DNA of 64,000 nucleotides from Patescibacteria group bacterium (GCA_018971045.1 JAGWVF010000001.1:11480-75479), one strand, 5' to 3'; numbered from the stretch's first letter, positions 1 through 11,952 are shown. Notes: generated by a model not told the origin, from the letters alone. Numbers and translations: made by a program.

Positions 1-520
1 GGAATCCGAGGTGGCGGAAAAAAGCCTCGGCTTCGGGCTTACTTTTCGCAGTCGTGACCAGCGTAACCGCGAGGCCGAAGACATCTTTCAAGTCTTCGTC
101 GGCGGTTTCCGGAAAGATCGTATGTTCCTTGATTCCGATCGTCATATTGCCCATCTCGTCGATCGCTTTCGGCGAGAGGCCGCGGAAGTCGCGCGTGCGC
201 GGGAGAACGATATGGACGAGCTTATCGATAAAATCGAACATTCGCGCTCCGCGAAGCGTAATCTGAAGTCCCACGGTATCGCCCTCGCGTACCTTAAACG
301 AGGCAATGGATTGTTTCGCGGCTCGGGCGGCGGGCTTCTGACCGGTGATGTGCATCAATCGGTTCTCGATAAGCTCGATCTGCTTCTTGTCGCGCTTCTT
401 GCCAACGCCGGTCGAGACGATAACTTTCATAATCCGCGGGCATTGCATGGAACTCGTGTAGTGGAATGCCTCCTGGAGGGCGAGGTAGGCGGTCTGCTGG
501 CGTTCTTTGGTAATTGACAT
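1..520 (-). CDS. rplE: 50S ribosomal protein L5 (3' end runs off the window)
   Basis: Manual translation from ATG at 520: MSITKERQ...ITGQKPAARAAKQSIASFKVREG...LPRTRDFRGLS...GNMTIGIKEHTIFPE; follows rplX. Confidence 0.95.
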   Translation of the reverse strand, partial: MSITKERQQTAYLALQEAFHYTSSMQCPRIMKVIVSTGVGKKRDKKQIELIENRLMHITGQKPAARAAKQSIASFKVREGDTVGLQITLRGARMFDFIDKLVHIVLPRTRDFRGLSPKAIDEMGNMTIGIKEHTIFPETADEDLKDVFGLAVTLVTTAKSKPEAEAFFRHLGF

Positions 521-526
521 ATGTAT

Positions 527-829
527 TTATTTAGCCTTCCGTGAATCCGCTGAATCGGCGGCCTTCGGCTTTTTCGTTTTCGCGGGCGCGTCAAGCGCTG
601 ACTCGATCTTCAAATGCGAGACGAGCGCGACATTCGAGGCATCGATCGCGCGCGGACGCTCGACGATGCGGCCGACCTGCCCTTGCTGGCCCTTGACGTG
701 GCGCTTATAGAGCGCGGCGCCCTCGACCACGACCGCGTTCTCCTTCGGAAACGCGCGGAGCACCACGCCGGACTTCCCCTTGTCCTTACCCGAAATAATC
801 TTCACCTTATCGCCTTTCTTGATGTTCAT
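527..829 (-). CDS. rplX: 50S ribosomal protein L24
   Basis: KOW motif IKKGDKVKIISGKDKGKSG; spc gene order. Confidence 0.97.
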   Translation of the reverse strand: MNIKKGDKVKIISGKDKGKSGVVLRAFPKENAVVVEGAALYKRHVKGQQGQVGRIVERPRAIDASNVALVSHLKIESALDAPAKTKKPKAADSADSRKAK

Positions 830-839
830 AGTTCAAATG

Positions 840-1217
840 CTAAACGACTTCCGGCGCCAGAGCGACGATCGAGTGCCAGCCGCGTTCGTCGAGTTCGCGC
901 GGCACCGGTCCGAAGATGCGATTTCCTTTCGGACCCATCTCCTTGCCCTGCTTCTCGATAAGCACGACGGCGTTCTCGTCAAAACGAACGTACGAGCCGT
1001 CCTTGCGCGCAAAGGACTTCGCCTGGCGAACGACGACCGCGCGATAGATATCCTTTTTCTTGACGGCCTTGCGCGGCTGAGCCGTCTGGATCGAGACCAC
1101 GACCGTATCCCCGATCTGAGCGTAGCGGCGCTTGGATCCTCCAAGCACCTTGAAGATTCGCGCGACCTGGCCGCCGGAATTATCAGCTACGGTAACGATG
1201 CTTTGCGGTTGCAACAT
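840..1217 (-). CDS. rplN: 50S ribosomal protein L14
   Basis: VADNSGG, RFDENAVVLI, RIFGPVPREL, LAPEVV. Confidence 0.98.
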   Translation of the reverse strand: MLQPQSIVTVADNSGGQVARIFKVLGGSKRRYAQIGDTVVVSIQTAQPRKAVKKKDIYRAVVVRQAKSFARKDGSYVRFDENAVVLIEKQGKEMGPKGNRIFGPVPRELDERGWHSIVALAPEVV

Positions 1218-1220
1218 ATA

Positions 1221-1520
1221 TTATTTCTCGTTCTCGACCGGAATCGTCTTTGCGGGATCGATCGCGAAACGCTTCAATTTCGAGATCGGGCGCGTCGCGA
1301 CGATCGTAACCGTATCGCCGACCTGCGCCGTATTCCCCGGATCATGAGCGAGATAATTTTTCGAGCGCACGCGATACTTCTTGTACTTGGCATTCTTCAC
1401 GTAGCGATCGACGCGGACCGTCGCCGTATCTTTCATGGCGGTCTTCACGACCGTACCGACAAATGACTGTCGGAGATTCTGATTCTGTTGATCGGAGGAG
1501 CGGGTGGTCTTGGTTTCCAT
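1221..1520 (-). CDS. rpsQ: 30S ribosomal protein S17
   Basis: GTVVKTAMKDT, AHDPGN, TRPISKLKRF. Confidence 0.97.
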   Translation of the reverse strand: METKTTRSSDQQNQNLRQSFVGTVVKTAMKDTATVRVDRYVKNAKYKKYRVRSKNYLAHDPGNTAQVGDTVTIVATRPISKLKRFAIDPAKTIPVENEK

Positions 1521-1523
1521 ACG

Positions 1524-1748
1524 TTATGCAGAAGCGGTCGGAGTAACCGGCGGGGTGGCGCGCGCGCGCAAATGCCTCTCCGTCAAAATACGAGCGATCG
1601 TCGCGCGCAGTTTCCGGGGCGCGGTGCTGTCCTTAGCGCGGGCGCCGACAGCCGAAAAGCGCTCGGTACGGAGCGTCGCGCGCGTATCAGCCAGAAGCTT
1701 GAGAAGCTCTTGATCGGTCTTATCCTTCATATGTTCTCTTTTTGCCAT
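1524..1748 (-). CDS. rpmC: 50S ribosomal protein L29
   Basis: Size, position between rplP and rpsQ, RKLRATIARILTE. Confidence 0.9.
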   Translation of the reverse strand: MAKREHMKDKTDQELLKLLADTRATLRTERFSAVGARAKDSTAPRKLRATIARILTERHLRARATPPVTPTASA

Positions 1749-1768
1749 AGTATGGAAATTAAAGCAAT

Positions 1769-2188
1769 TTAGCGGACGACGATGGCCGTCTTTACGGGGA
1801 GTTTCATGCCCGCTTGACGCAGGTGGGAGCGGGCGATCTTCTCGTCAACGCCGTCGATCTCAAAAAGGATACGGCCCGGACGAACCTGAAAAACATAGTG
1901 TTTCGGATCGCCCTTCCCGCTCCCCATACCCACTTCCGCGGGCTTCGAGGTTACCGGACGATCAGGGAAAATGCGGATCCAAAGCTTGCCGGTCTTGGCA
2001 GTCGCCCGGGTGAGCACCTTGCGCGCTGATTCGATCTGATTACTCGTCACGCGCGCAGGCGTGAGCGCCTTCATGCCGAAAGAGCCGAAAGCGAGCGTAA
2101 CGCCGCGCGTGTCGGGACGGTTGAGATTCTTCTGCGAGAGACGCTGGGTCTGCCACTTGCGATGCTTTACTTTTTTCGGGAACAACAT
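1769..2188 (-). CDS. rplP: 50S ribosomal protein L16
   Basis: [31 protein letters not shown]. Confidence 0.98.
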   Translation of the reverse strand: MLFPKKVKHRKWQTQRLSQKNLNRPDTRGVTLAFGSFGMKALTPARVTSNQIESARKVLTRATAKTGKLWIRIFPDRPVTSKPAEVGMGSGKGDPKHYVFQVRPGRILFEIDGVDEKIARSHLRQAGMKLPVKTAIVVR

Positions 2189-2197
2189 ATGCAACGA

Positions 2198-2908
2198 TTA
2201 ACCTCGCATCGGGCTGTCGGACAGGTGCACCGCCGTTTTTTTGTCCTGATAGACATTACCGCGGTAGATCCAAACCTTGATGCCGATCACGCCATACGGA
2301 AGATACGCCTCCTCGTTGGCGAAGTCGATATCCGCGCGGAATGTCTGAAGCGGAATACGGCCTTTCTTCACCTCCTCTTTGCGGCTCATCTCGGCGCCGC
2401 CAAGACGGCCTGAGACCGCGATGCGCACGCCTTCGACCTCTCGCGCCGCGATCACCTTCTCGACCGTCTGCTTGAGCACGCGGCGGAACGGCATGCGTTT
2501 CTCGAGACCCTCGGCGACCATATAGGCGACTACCGCGGCGTCGGCTTCAGGCTGACGGATCTCATTAATATCGATCTTGACCTGCGTGCCGGCCGGAAGT
2601 GCGTTCTTGGAAATTTTTCGAACGACCTCGGTAAGATCGGAGCGGAGCTTGGCCGCGTTCTCGCCGGACCGCCCGATAACGAGGCCGGGACGAGCCGTCG
2701 AGAGAACGACGCGCAATTCGCTCTGGGAGCGCTCAATGTCGATGCCGCTCGTATACGTGCCGCGCAGACGCTTCGAGAGATAGCGGCGAATCACCTCATC
2801 CACCTGAATGTTCTCGCGGTAGCTCTTTTTGTTCACGGCGAACCAGCGGCTCTTCCAATCGCGGATAATGCCGAGACGGTGGGCGTAGGGATGTACGGTG
2901 TGAGTCAT
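2198..2908 (-). CDS. rpsC: 30S ribosomal protein S3
   Basis: HPYAHRLG, RPGLVIGRSG, SGRLGGAEM, PLQTFRADID, GIKVWI. Confidence 0.98.
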   Translation of the reverse strand: MTHTVHPYAHRLGIIRDWKSRWFAVNKKSYRENIQVDEVIRRYLSKRLRGTYTSGIDIERSQSELRVVLSTARPGLVIGRSGENAAKLRSDLTEVVRKISKNALPAGTQVKIDINEIRQPEADAAVVAYMVAEGLEKRMPFRRVLKQTVEKVIAAREVEGVRIAVSGRLGGAEMSRKEEVKKGRIPLQTFRADIDFANEEAYLPYGVIGIKVWIYRGNVYQDKKTAVHLSDSPMRG

Positions 2909-2912
2909 GGTG

Positions 2913-3296
2913 TTATAAATCCGAAGAAATGGATCCTGTCTCGGCCTTGGCGTTTGCCTCCGGATACTTCGTGAGCGGAGCGAGAGTCACTTTCACGCGG
3001 CTCTTGCGGCGGCGGATAAGCGAGGCGCGACCGAAGGCGCGCGGCATATATTTCTTCAGCATGCCAGCGCTTTCGACGGTGATCGACTCGATCTTGAGCG
3101 AGTCGATATCTTGTCCCTTATTCTTCGCATTCGCGGCGGCACTCTTGATAAGCTTCGCGACTGGCTCGGCGGCGCGGCGCGGGAGAAAGGCGAGCTCTTC
3201 GAGCGCCCGTGCGACCGGCTTGCCCTTCACGAGATCCGTAACGAGACGGACCTTGCGCGGAGTTTGATTATGACTCTTGAGTTCTGCGTACGCCAT
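2913..3296 (-). CDS. rplV: 50S ribosomal protein L22
   Basis: TPRKVRLV, KSAAANA, PRAFGRA. Confidence 0.96.
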   Translation of the reverse strand: MAYAELKSHNQTPRKVRLVTDLVKGKPVARALEELAFLPRRAAEPVAKLIKSAAANAKNKGQDIDSLKIESITVESAGMLKKYMPRAFGRASLIRRRKSRVKVTLAPLTKYPEANAKAETGSISSDL

Positions 3297-3299
3297 ACT

Positions 3300-3644
3300 T
3301 TATTTCTTTGGATTCGCCGGGGCTTCCTTCGCGGCCTTGGCGGACGCTATCTCGGCCTGTTGCTTCTTGGCTTCCATCTCCTTCTGCATCTTGCCGCCGT
3401 GGCGAACGAACTTCTTGGTCGGCGAGAACTCGCCAAGGCGGTGTCCCACCATCTCCTCGGAGACGAGAACTTCAATATGCGACTTTCCATTATGAACGCC
3501 GAAGGTGAACCCGACCATTTCTGGGCTCACCTGACTCCGACGCGCCCACGTTTTAATCACCCCGGCGGTAGCCGGTTTTTTGTCGACCAGTTTCTTCAGG
3601 AGCTTAGCGTCCACGAAGGGTCCTTTCTTGAGTGATCGAGACAT
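3300..3644 (-). CDS. rpsS: 30S ribosomal protein S19
   Basis: [31 protein letters not shown]; start set at MSRS. Confidence 0.97.
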   Translation of the reverse strand: MSRSLKKGPFVDAKLLKKLVDKKPATAGVIKTWARRSQVSPEMVGFTFGVHNGKSHIEVLVSEEMVGHRLGEFSPTKKFVRHGGKMQKEMEAKKQQAEIASAKAAKEAPANPKK

Positions 3645-3804
3645 GAAAAGTAATGAAAAGCCCGCACAGCGGGATACCGGAACGATACAGGAAATGGCCA
3701 AAAAACGCAAACGGGTGGAGCGCCGGGAGCTGTCCTACCTCATTTTCTTGGTACACCCAGCACTAACTTCCCAAAGCAGTTAGTGCTGGGTACACTGAGG
3801 GTAT

Positions 3805-4563
3805 ATGAACAAACAAACTATTGCCGGTGCGGTCGTCCTTGTGGTTGTCGTTCTCGGGATAGCACTCTACGCGGCAGTGCGGCCAAAGCCGGCATTGGCA
3901 CCAACGGCCACGCTCCCCGCCCCTACGATGACACTCCCCGAGCTCACCTACACGGAGCACACGACGCGGTACGACATCGACGCACATTACGCCTCGAGCA
4001 CTCGTATGCTTAAAGAGCCCGCGAACGCCGCCGCCATTGAGCAGATGAAAGACTTCATAGCAAACGCCATCGAGCAATTCAAGACCGATGTCTCGGCTGC
4101 TGGAACGGATACGGGCGCCAAAGCGACATTGAAGATCGTCTATCTTATCTTCTTGTCCCCCCGTGCGGAGTCCTACGTCTTCACCATCGATTCCTATCTG
4201 CCAGGCGCAGCACACGGCAACCGGCTCTTTAAGACCTTCGTCTTCAGTACCGACTCCGGACAATCTAGTACGGCACTCCCGCTCGCAGATCTCTTTGTGC
4301 CAGGCGCGCACTATCTCGATCTGCTCTCCCAGCTCGCCCACGCGCGCCTGCCCGAGGTGATCGGCTCAGACTACGATGTTGACATGATTCGGAACGGCAC
4401 CACGCCGACGGATGAACACTTCCAAAACTTTTTCCTCGATAATCGCGACCTCGTGATTCTCTTCCCGCCGTACCAGGTCGCCGCGTATGCCGACGGTCCG
4501 CAGACGCTCCGCCTCCCCGTCTCGCTTCTTGCAAATATTCTCGAGCCGAGATACCGGCAGTAA
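3805..4563 (+). CDS. Membrane-anchored RsiV/PdaC-like (DUF3298/DUF4163) protein
   Basis: N-terminal TM anchor; YLPGAAHG and FPPYQVAAYADG motifs typical of DUF3298. Confidence 0.8.
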   Translation: MNKQTIAGAVVLVVVVLGIALYAAVRPKPALAPTATLPAPTMTLPELTYTEHTTRYDIDAHYASSTRMLKEPANAAAIEQMKDFIANAIEQFKTDVSAAGTDTGAKATLKIVYLIFLSPRAESYVFTIDSYLPGAAHGNRLFKTFVFSTDSGQSSTALPLADLFVPGAHYLDLLSQLAHARLPEVIGSDYDVDMIRNGTTPTDEHFQNFFLDNRDLVILFPPYQVAAYADGPQTLRLPVSLLANILEPRYRQ

Positions 4564-4600
4564 AACATCCGCCGCCTTCTTTAGAGGCGGTGGATGTTTT
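4562..4600. terminator. Bidirectional intrinsic terminator between the RsiV-like gene and rplB
   Basis: AAAACATCCGCCGCC-loop-GGCGGTGGATGTTTT stem with A/T tails between convergent genes. Confidence 0.75.
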
Positions 4601-4614
4601 GTGTTCAAAATGCC

Positions 4615-5457
4615 TTAGCGCTTCTTGCCGACCTTGCGGCGGGAGACGATGAAGACGTTGCTGTACTTCTTCGGCGTGCGCGTCTTCTGGCCCTTGCCGG
4701 TGGGCTTGCCCCACTTGCTCTTCGCCCTGCGGAGTCCGCGGCCCTGCTTGCCTTCGCCGCCGCCGTGCGGGTGATCCACCGGATTCATCGCCGAGCCTCG
4801 CACCGTCGGACGCTTCCCCATCCAGCGCGAGCGACCGGCCTTACCGACAACGACGAGATTGTATTCCTCGTTGCCCACTGCGCCGATCGAAGCCCAGGCG
4901 AGATCAGAGATCTTGCGAATTTCAGACGACGGGAGCTTCACCTGCGCATAGCCGGCGTCATGCGCGACGACCTCGGCATAATTTCCTGCTGAACGAACGA
5001 GCGATGCACCGGCAAGGGGTGCGATCTCGATATTATAAATGAACGTGCCAACCGGGATCCTGCCGAGAGGAAGGCGGTTGCCGGACGTAAGCGGAGCCGT
5101 CTCCGACACGATGAAGGTATCGCCGACCTTGGTGCCCTTCGGCACGATCAAGTAGCGGCGTGCGCCATCTCGATAGAGCGCGAGGCCGATAAAGGCCGAG
5201 CGGTACGGATCGTACTCGATCGTTTCGATCTTGGCCGGAATATTCTTCTTGTCGAATTTAAAATCGACATCGCGGAGGCGGCGCTTATGCCCGCCACCCT
5301 GATGGCGCGTGGTGATGCGGCCGAAAGCGTTCCTGCCCGCCTGGCGCTTCTTCGATCCGAGAAGCGGCTTATAGGGCTCGTCGCCCGACAAGAGCTCCTT
5401 GTAGGGCAGGGTGGTCATGAAGCGGCGGCTCTTGCTGGTAGGTTTGTAGGTTTTCAT
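4615..5457 (-). CDS. rplB: 50S ribosomal protein L2
   Basis: GRITTRHQGGGHKR, IEYDPYRSA, RPTVRGSAMNPVDHPHGGGEG. Confidence 0.99.
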   Translation of the reverse strand: MKTYKPTSKSRRFMTTLPYKELLSGDEPYKPLLGSKKRQAGRNAFGRITTRHQGGGHKRRLRDVDFKFDKKNIPAKIETIEYDPYRSAFIGLALYRDGARRYLIVPKGTKVGDTFIVSETAPLTSGNRLPLGRIPVGTFIYNIEIAPLAGASLVRSAGNYAEVVAHDAGYAQVKLPSSEIRKISDLAWASIGAVGNEEYNLVVVGKAGRSRWMGKRPTVRGSAMNPVDHPHGGGEGKQGRGLRRAKSKWGKPTGKGQKTRTPKKYSNVFIVSRRKVGKKR

Positions 5458-5466
5458 ACGGAATGA

Positions 5467-5835
5467 TTACGCAAATTGGATGGTATCGCCCTGATTGAGG
5501 TAGACGTACGCCTTCCGACGCGCGGCGCGCGTGCCGACGCCGCGCTTCGTGCGCAAATTTTTCTTCTTCCCTGGGAGATTGACGATGCGGATTTGGCGCG
5601 GCGACACGCCGAAGACATCCTTGATCGCGCCGGCGACCTCGGCTTTCGTCGCGCGCATCGGAACCGCGAACGTATAGATTCCCTTCTCGGTCGCGATGAG
5701 CGCCTTCTCGGAGAACCACGGCGCGCGGATCGTATCGTGAGCCGATCCGTGCACCGGCGTCTTTGCGCGGGCATGGCGCTTCGGAGCATCTGTCTTCTTC
5801 TCCTTCTTAGCGGCCTTTTTATCGAAGAATGCCAT
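5467..5835 (-). CDS. rplW: 50S ribosomal protein L23
   Basis: PWFSEKA, YTFAV, KAYVYL; gene order. Confidence 0.93.
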   Translation of the reverse strand: MAFFDKKAAKKEKKTDAPKRHARAKTPVHGSAHDTIRAPWFSEKALIATEKGIYTFAVPMRATKAEVAGAIKDVFGVSPRQIRIVNLPGKKKNLRTKRGVGTRAARRKAYVYLNQGDTIQFA

Positions 5836-5841
5836 ACGGAT

Positions 5842-6552
5842 TTATTTAGCGGCGACGCGCTTCTCGAGAGCCTTAAAGGCGGCCTCGGGATTCTCGATCA
5901 CCAAATACTTATGCGAGAGAATAGCGAGCGGATTAAGATTGCGCAACTCCTCGGTATCGACATTACCGAAGTTCTGGAAGCTCCTGATCGTATTCGCATT
6001 GTAGCTAGAAAGCGCGAGCAGAGCGGCGTTCTTCTTTTTGGCGACGAGCGAGGCGGCATCAGCGCCCTTAGCGAGCGCTCCGAGCACGCCTTTCGCGACG
6101 GCAGTCTTCGGCTCGGCGAAAGTGAACGTATCGACGAGAATAATCTCTCCGTCCTTCGCCTTCTTCGAGAGCGCGGAGACGAGAGCGCCGAGACGCATCT
6201 TCTTGTTGATCTTCTCGCTGTAGTCGCGGTCGACGCGAGGGCCAAAGGTGATGCCGCCGTGACGCCAAATCGGCGATCGGGTCGAGCTGTGGCGCGCCTG
6301 TCCGGTGCCCTTCTGCTTCCACGGGCGTTTGCCGCCGCCGGATACTTCAGAACGATCCTTGGTGTGGGCGCGATTCTGCCGCAGATTGGCTTGCATCGCG
6401 GTCGTCACTTGGTGGATGAGGTCGGCGCGCCAGGGCGCTCCGAAGATGCTCGCCGGCAACGTCGTCGAACCAACCTTCTCGCCGTCCATCGAGAAAATCG
6501 GCATCTCGATCGCCTCCTGTTCTGTTTTCGTGATTTTCTTTTCAGCAGTCAT
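5842..6552 (-). CDS. rplD: 50S ribosomal protein L4
   Basis: TKDRSEVSGGGKRPWKQKGTGQARH, PIWRHGGITFGP. Confidence 0.98.
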   Translation of the reverse strand: MTAEKKITKTEQEAIEMPIFSMDGEKVGSTTLPASIFGAPWRADLIHQVTTAMQANLRQNRAHTKDRSEVSGGGKRPWKQKGTGQARHSSTRSPIWRHGGITFGPRVDRDYSEKINKKMRLGALVSALSKKAKDGEIILVDTFTFAEPKTAVAKGVLGALAKGADAASLVAKKKNAALLALSSYNANTIRSFQNFGNVDTEELRNLNPLAILSHKYLVIENPEAAFKALEKRVAAK

Positions 6553-6562
6553 GGTAGGAAAA

Positions 6563-7177
6563 TTACTTTGAGACGACCTCGAGCATCGTGCCGCGGCGGC
6601 CCGGGACTGCCCCCGACACGATCATCTCACCGGCTTTCAGATCGATCGCGATGACTTTCAGATTCTGAACCGTCACGCGATCGCCGCCCATACGGCCGGC
6701 CATGCGCTTTCCTTTGGCGACGCGGCCGCCCGCGCGGCCGCCCGATCCGCCGATCGAGCCCGGGGCGCGCTCGGTATGCTTCTGACCGTGAGAACGCGGA
6801 CCGCCATGGAAGCCGTGGCGCTTCACCACGCCGGCGAAGCCCTTTCCCTTCGTGATGCCCGACACCTGAACCGTGTCGCCGACGGTAAAGATCGTGGCAT
6901 CGATGGTGCTCCCTACTTCGACGCCAGAAACGTCGCGGAACTCGCGAAGCGCTTTGTAGCCATTGCCTTTCGTGTGGCCGAGGACCGCCTTTGAAATATT
7001 CTTCGGATTCCGTGCGCCGAAGCCGACCTGCACCGCCGCATAGCCGTCCTTCCCTTCTTTCGTCTTTACCGCCGTAACCATCACGGGATCGGCATGGAGA
7101 ATCGTCGCCGCGCGGGCGCGGCCGTCCTCCCCGAAGACGCGGGTCATCCCTACTTTACTCGCGAGAATGAATTTCAT
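6563..7177 (-). CDS. rplC: 50S ribosomal protein L3
   Basis: KVGMTRVF, GYAAVQVG, KGKGFAGVVKRHGF, GKRMAGRMG; start set at MKFIL. Confidence 0.98.
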   Translation of the reverse strand: MKFILASKVGMTRVFGEDGRARAATILHADPVMVTAVKTKEGKDGYAAVQVGFGARNPKNISKAVLGHTKGNGYKALREFRDVSGVEVGSTIDATIFTVGDTVQVSGITKGKGFAGVVKRHGFHGGPRSHGQKHTERAPGSIGGSGGRAGGRVAKGKRMAGRMGGDRVTVQNLKVIAIDLKAGEMIVSGAVPGRRGTMLEVVSK

Positions 7178-7285
7178 TGGGTAGACAAATCGCGCGACAG
7201 CAACCGCTTCGCGCGATTTGCTGGAGGTCCCGCAAGGGGACATAGCGATAGGGGCACTCTACACGATGGCCGAAAAAGATGCAAG

Positions 7286-7323
7286 AAAAGCGGAACCGCC
7301 CTTGAAGGGCGGTTCCGCTTTTT
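7286..7323 (-). terminator. Intrinsic terminator downstream of rpsJ
   Basis: AAAAGCGGAACCGCCC-TTGAA-GGGCGGTTCCGCTTTT perfect stem with tails. Confidence 0.8.
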
Positions 7324-7339
7324 ATGTTGGCAATATGGC

Positions 7340-7729
7340 TTACACCATCTTGACGTCGATCGTGACACCCGACGGGAGGTTGAGGTTCGTGAGGGCCTCG
7401 ACCACCTTTTGTGACGGGTTCATGATGTCGATGAGGCGCTTGTGGATGCGCATTTCGAACTGCTCGCGCGCGTCCTTATGAACGAAGGTCGAGCGGTTGA
7501 CCGTCCAGCGCTTAATCTCAGTCGGGAGCGGAACGGGGCCGACGACGACTGCGTCAAAGCGCGCCGCGGTGTCCATAATCTGCTTAACCGAGAGGTCGAG
7601 AATCTTATGTTCGTACGCGCGGACCCGGATCCGCAGTTTGTGCTCGGCCGTTGCAGGCGCGGCAACCTTCTTCGCGGCGCGCTTCGGAGCGGCCTTCGCT
7701 TTCGGTTTTGCTTCTGTGGCGGACGGCAT
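7340..7729 (-). CDS. rpsJ: 30S ribosomal protein S10 with a K/A-rich N-terminal extension
   Basis: LRIRVRAYEH, GPVPLPT, REQFEMRIHKRLIDI. Confidence 0.97.
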   Translation of the reverse strand: MPSATEAKPKAKAAPKRAAKKVAAPATAEHKLRIRVRAYEHKILDLSVKQIMDTAARFDAVVVGPVPLPTEIKRWTVNRSTFVHKDAREQFEMRIHKRLIDIMNPSQKVVEALTNLNLPSGVTIDVKMV

Positions 7730-7748
7730 AGGGATTGATGAGGGATAT

Positions 7749-8948
7749 TTACTTGGTGATTTTCGTAACAACGCCCGCGCCGACCGTCTTACCGCCTTCG
7801 CGAATAGCGAAGCGTTGCTGCTCTTCGAGCGCGACCGGAGCGACGAGCTTCACCGTGAAGGTAACCGTGTCGCCCGGCATAACCATCTCCTTGCCCTCCG
7901 GAAGCGTTACTTCGCCCGTAACGTCGGTGGTGCGGATATAGAACTGCGGCTTGTAGCCCGAGAAGAACGGCGTGTGGCGGCCGCCCTCGTCCTTACCGAG
8001 GATGTACACCTCGGCGGTGAAGTCAGTGTGCGGCGTAACCGATCCGACCTTCGAGAGGACCTGGCCGCGATGCACGTCTTCCTTCTTGGTGCCGCGCAGG
8101 AGGATGCCGGCGTTGTCGCCTGCCTGTCCTTCCTGAAGCTGCTTGTTAAACATCTCGATGCCGGTAACGGTCGTCTTCGTGGTCGGCTTGATACCGACGA
8201 TCTCGACTTCCTCGCCGACCTTGACCTGGCCGCGCTCGATTCTGCCCGTGACCACGGTTCCGCGACCTTCGATCGAGAAGATGTCCTCGATCGGCATGAG
8301 AAACGGCTTTGCGAGTTCGCGCTCCGGCATATCGAAGTAGCTGTCCATCGTATCGACGAGCTCCTTCACCTTCGCGGCGTATTCGTCGGTTGCGGTGGCC
8401 GATTCAAGCGCCTTCAGGCCGGAACCGCGGATAATCGGCGTATTGGCTCCGTCATAGCCCTGCTTGGTGAGAAGCTCGCGGATCTCCTCTTCAACGAGAT
8501 CAATGAGATCCGCCTCGGCGACCATGTCTACCTTGTTAAGGAAGACAATGAGTTTCTTGAGGCCAACCTGCTTGGCGAGAAGGATGTGCTCGCGCGTCTG
8601 GGGCATCACGCCGTCGGTAGCGGCGACTACGAGGACCGCGCCGTCCATCTGGGCGGCACCGGTGATCATGTTCTTGATGTAATCAGCGTGTCCCGGCGCG
8701 TCAATGTGCGCGTAGTGACGATTCGGAGTCTCGTACTCAGAATGGTGGAGCGCGATGGTAATGCCGCGCGCCTTCTCTTCCGGCGCGCTGTCGATCTTGT
8801 CGACGCCTTCAACGCGGGCGCCATAGCCCTCTCCCGAGAGCATCGAGAGCACATGGAGGATGCCGGCGGTGAGCGTCGTCTTACCATGGTCCACGTGACC
8901 GATGGTGCCCACGTTCATGTGCGGCTTGCTGCGAGTAAATTCTGCCAT
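7749..8948 (-). CDS. tuf: Elongation factor Tu
   Basis: [36 protein letters not shown]. Confidence 0.99.
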   Translation of the reverse strand: MAEFTRSKPHMNVGTIGHVDHGKTTLTAGILHVLSMLSGEGYGARVEGVDKIDSAPEEKARGITIALHHSEYETPNRHYAHIDAPGHADYIKNMITGAAQMDGAVLVVAATDGVMPQTREHILLAKQVGLKKLIVFLNKVDMVAEADLIDLVEEEIRELLTKQGYDGANTPIIRGSGLKALESATATDEYAAKVKELVDTMDSYFDMPERELAKPFLMPIEDIFSIEGRGTVVTGRIERGQVKVGEEVEIVGIKPTTKTTVTGIEMFNKQLQEGQAGDNAGILLRGTKKEDVHRGQVLSKVGSVTPHTDFTAEVYILGKDEGGRHTPFFSGYKPQFYIRTTDVTGEVTLPEGKEMVMPGDTVTFTVKLVAPVALEEQQRFAIREGGKTVGAGVVTKITK

Positions 8949-9116
8949 AGTAAAATCGGTTAATTAATAAATCACGAATTAATATCCGACCGAGTCGGAA
9001 ATACACTCCGGCTCGCCACTCGAACAAGCAGGAAGCCAAAGAGCGACGCCACAATGCGTTACAGATAAAGTACCCGAGAGAATGAAAATACGCAAGCACC
9101 ATACTATAAAAACTGA

Positions 9117-9143
9117 GGCCCGGCGCGCTACGCGCGCCGGGCC
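9117..9143. terminator. GC-rich 12-bp hairpin upstream of the tuf promoter region
   Basis: GGCCCGGCGCGC-TAC-GCGCGCCGGGCC perfect inverted repeat. Confidence 0.55.
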
Positions 9144-9178
9144 ATCTTAGGGTCGAGGTGCCGCCACACGAGCGGCGG

Positions 9179-9535
9179 CTATATCCTGACCGTGAGTTTA
9201 TTTATACCTGCGCAACAGCGCAGGTACACCCACAGCCAGAAGCCGAGCCCCCATTCGAGTCGTGTGAGAAGGCGACTAACCTCCACCTCCCCATCGAGAC
9301 CGAGACGACCGAGATCGCTCGGCAGATTTACGACGAAACAGACACAGTTCCATGGGAACCTTGGGAGGCTTTTCTTCCAGAGAACCTCTCCGTTCCTGTG
9401 GAATTCTATTTCAATCTCGCTGATCGGCCACTCATCGGCCTCCTCTGTCACAACGATCAATCGACCGTCTTCGATGTAGGCGTAGGGGTAGATCGTCGGT
9501 ACCGGCACCGCGGCGACTTGAGAAATCGATTCCAT
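9179..9535 (-). CDS. Hypothetical protein between fusA and tuf
   Basis: Open frame co-oriented with the operon and bracketed by hairpins; no recognisable motif; start uncertain. Confidence 0.4.
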   Translation of the reverse strand: MESISQVAAVPVPTIYPYAYIEDGRLIVVTEEADEWPISEIEIEFHRNGEVLWKKSLPRFPWNCVCFVVNLPSDLGRLGLDGEVEVSRLLTRLEWGLGFWLWVYLRCCAGINKLTVRI

Positions 9536-9750
9536 CACGCTCTCCTTTTGGACACCCGATGGGGCGTCTCTGCAATCTACCATAACACACATACATGTAA
9601 AAGCAATTTGCTCTCAGCAAGAAGAATGTTCTGCGCTCATCGCGCTTCTCGAAAAACGCTAGGATGCACTTCTCTCCAGAGAACGCAATACAGCCACCAC
9701 AACCACGACCGCCTGACGGCGGCCGTGCGTGAACGTTCTGTTATCTGAAA

Positions 9751-11898
<2,148 letters not shown>

Positions 11899-11952
11899 AA
11901 AATAAAATGGATAAAAATAAAAAGCGCCCCGCGCGCCCTTAGTGTAGCACGC

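Noticed and set aside
7497-8963. 488-aa plus-strand ORF, and similar long ORFs at 5476-6654, 10111-10956, 11518-12609, 35145-36296 and 62284-63390
   Set aside because: Antisense shadows of conserved genes in GC-rich DNA; no motifs of their own
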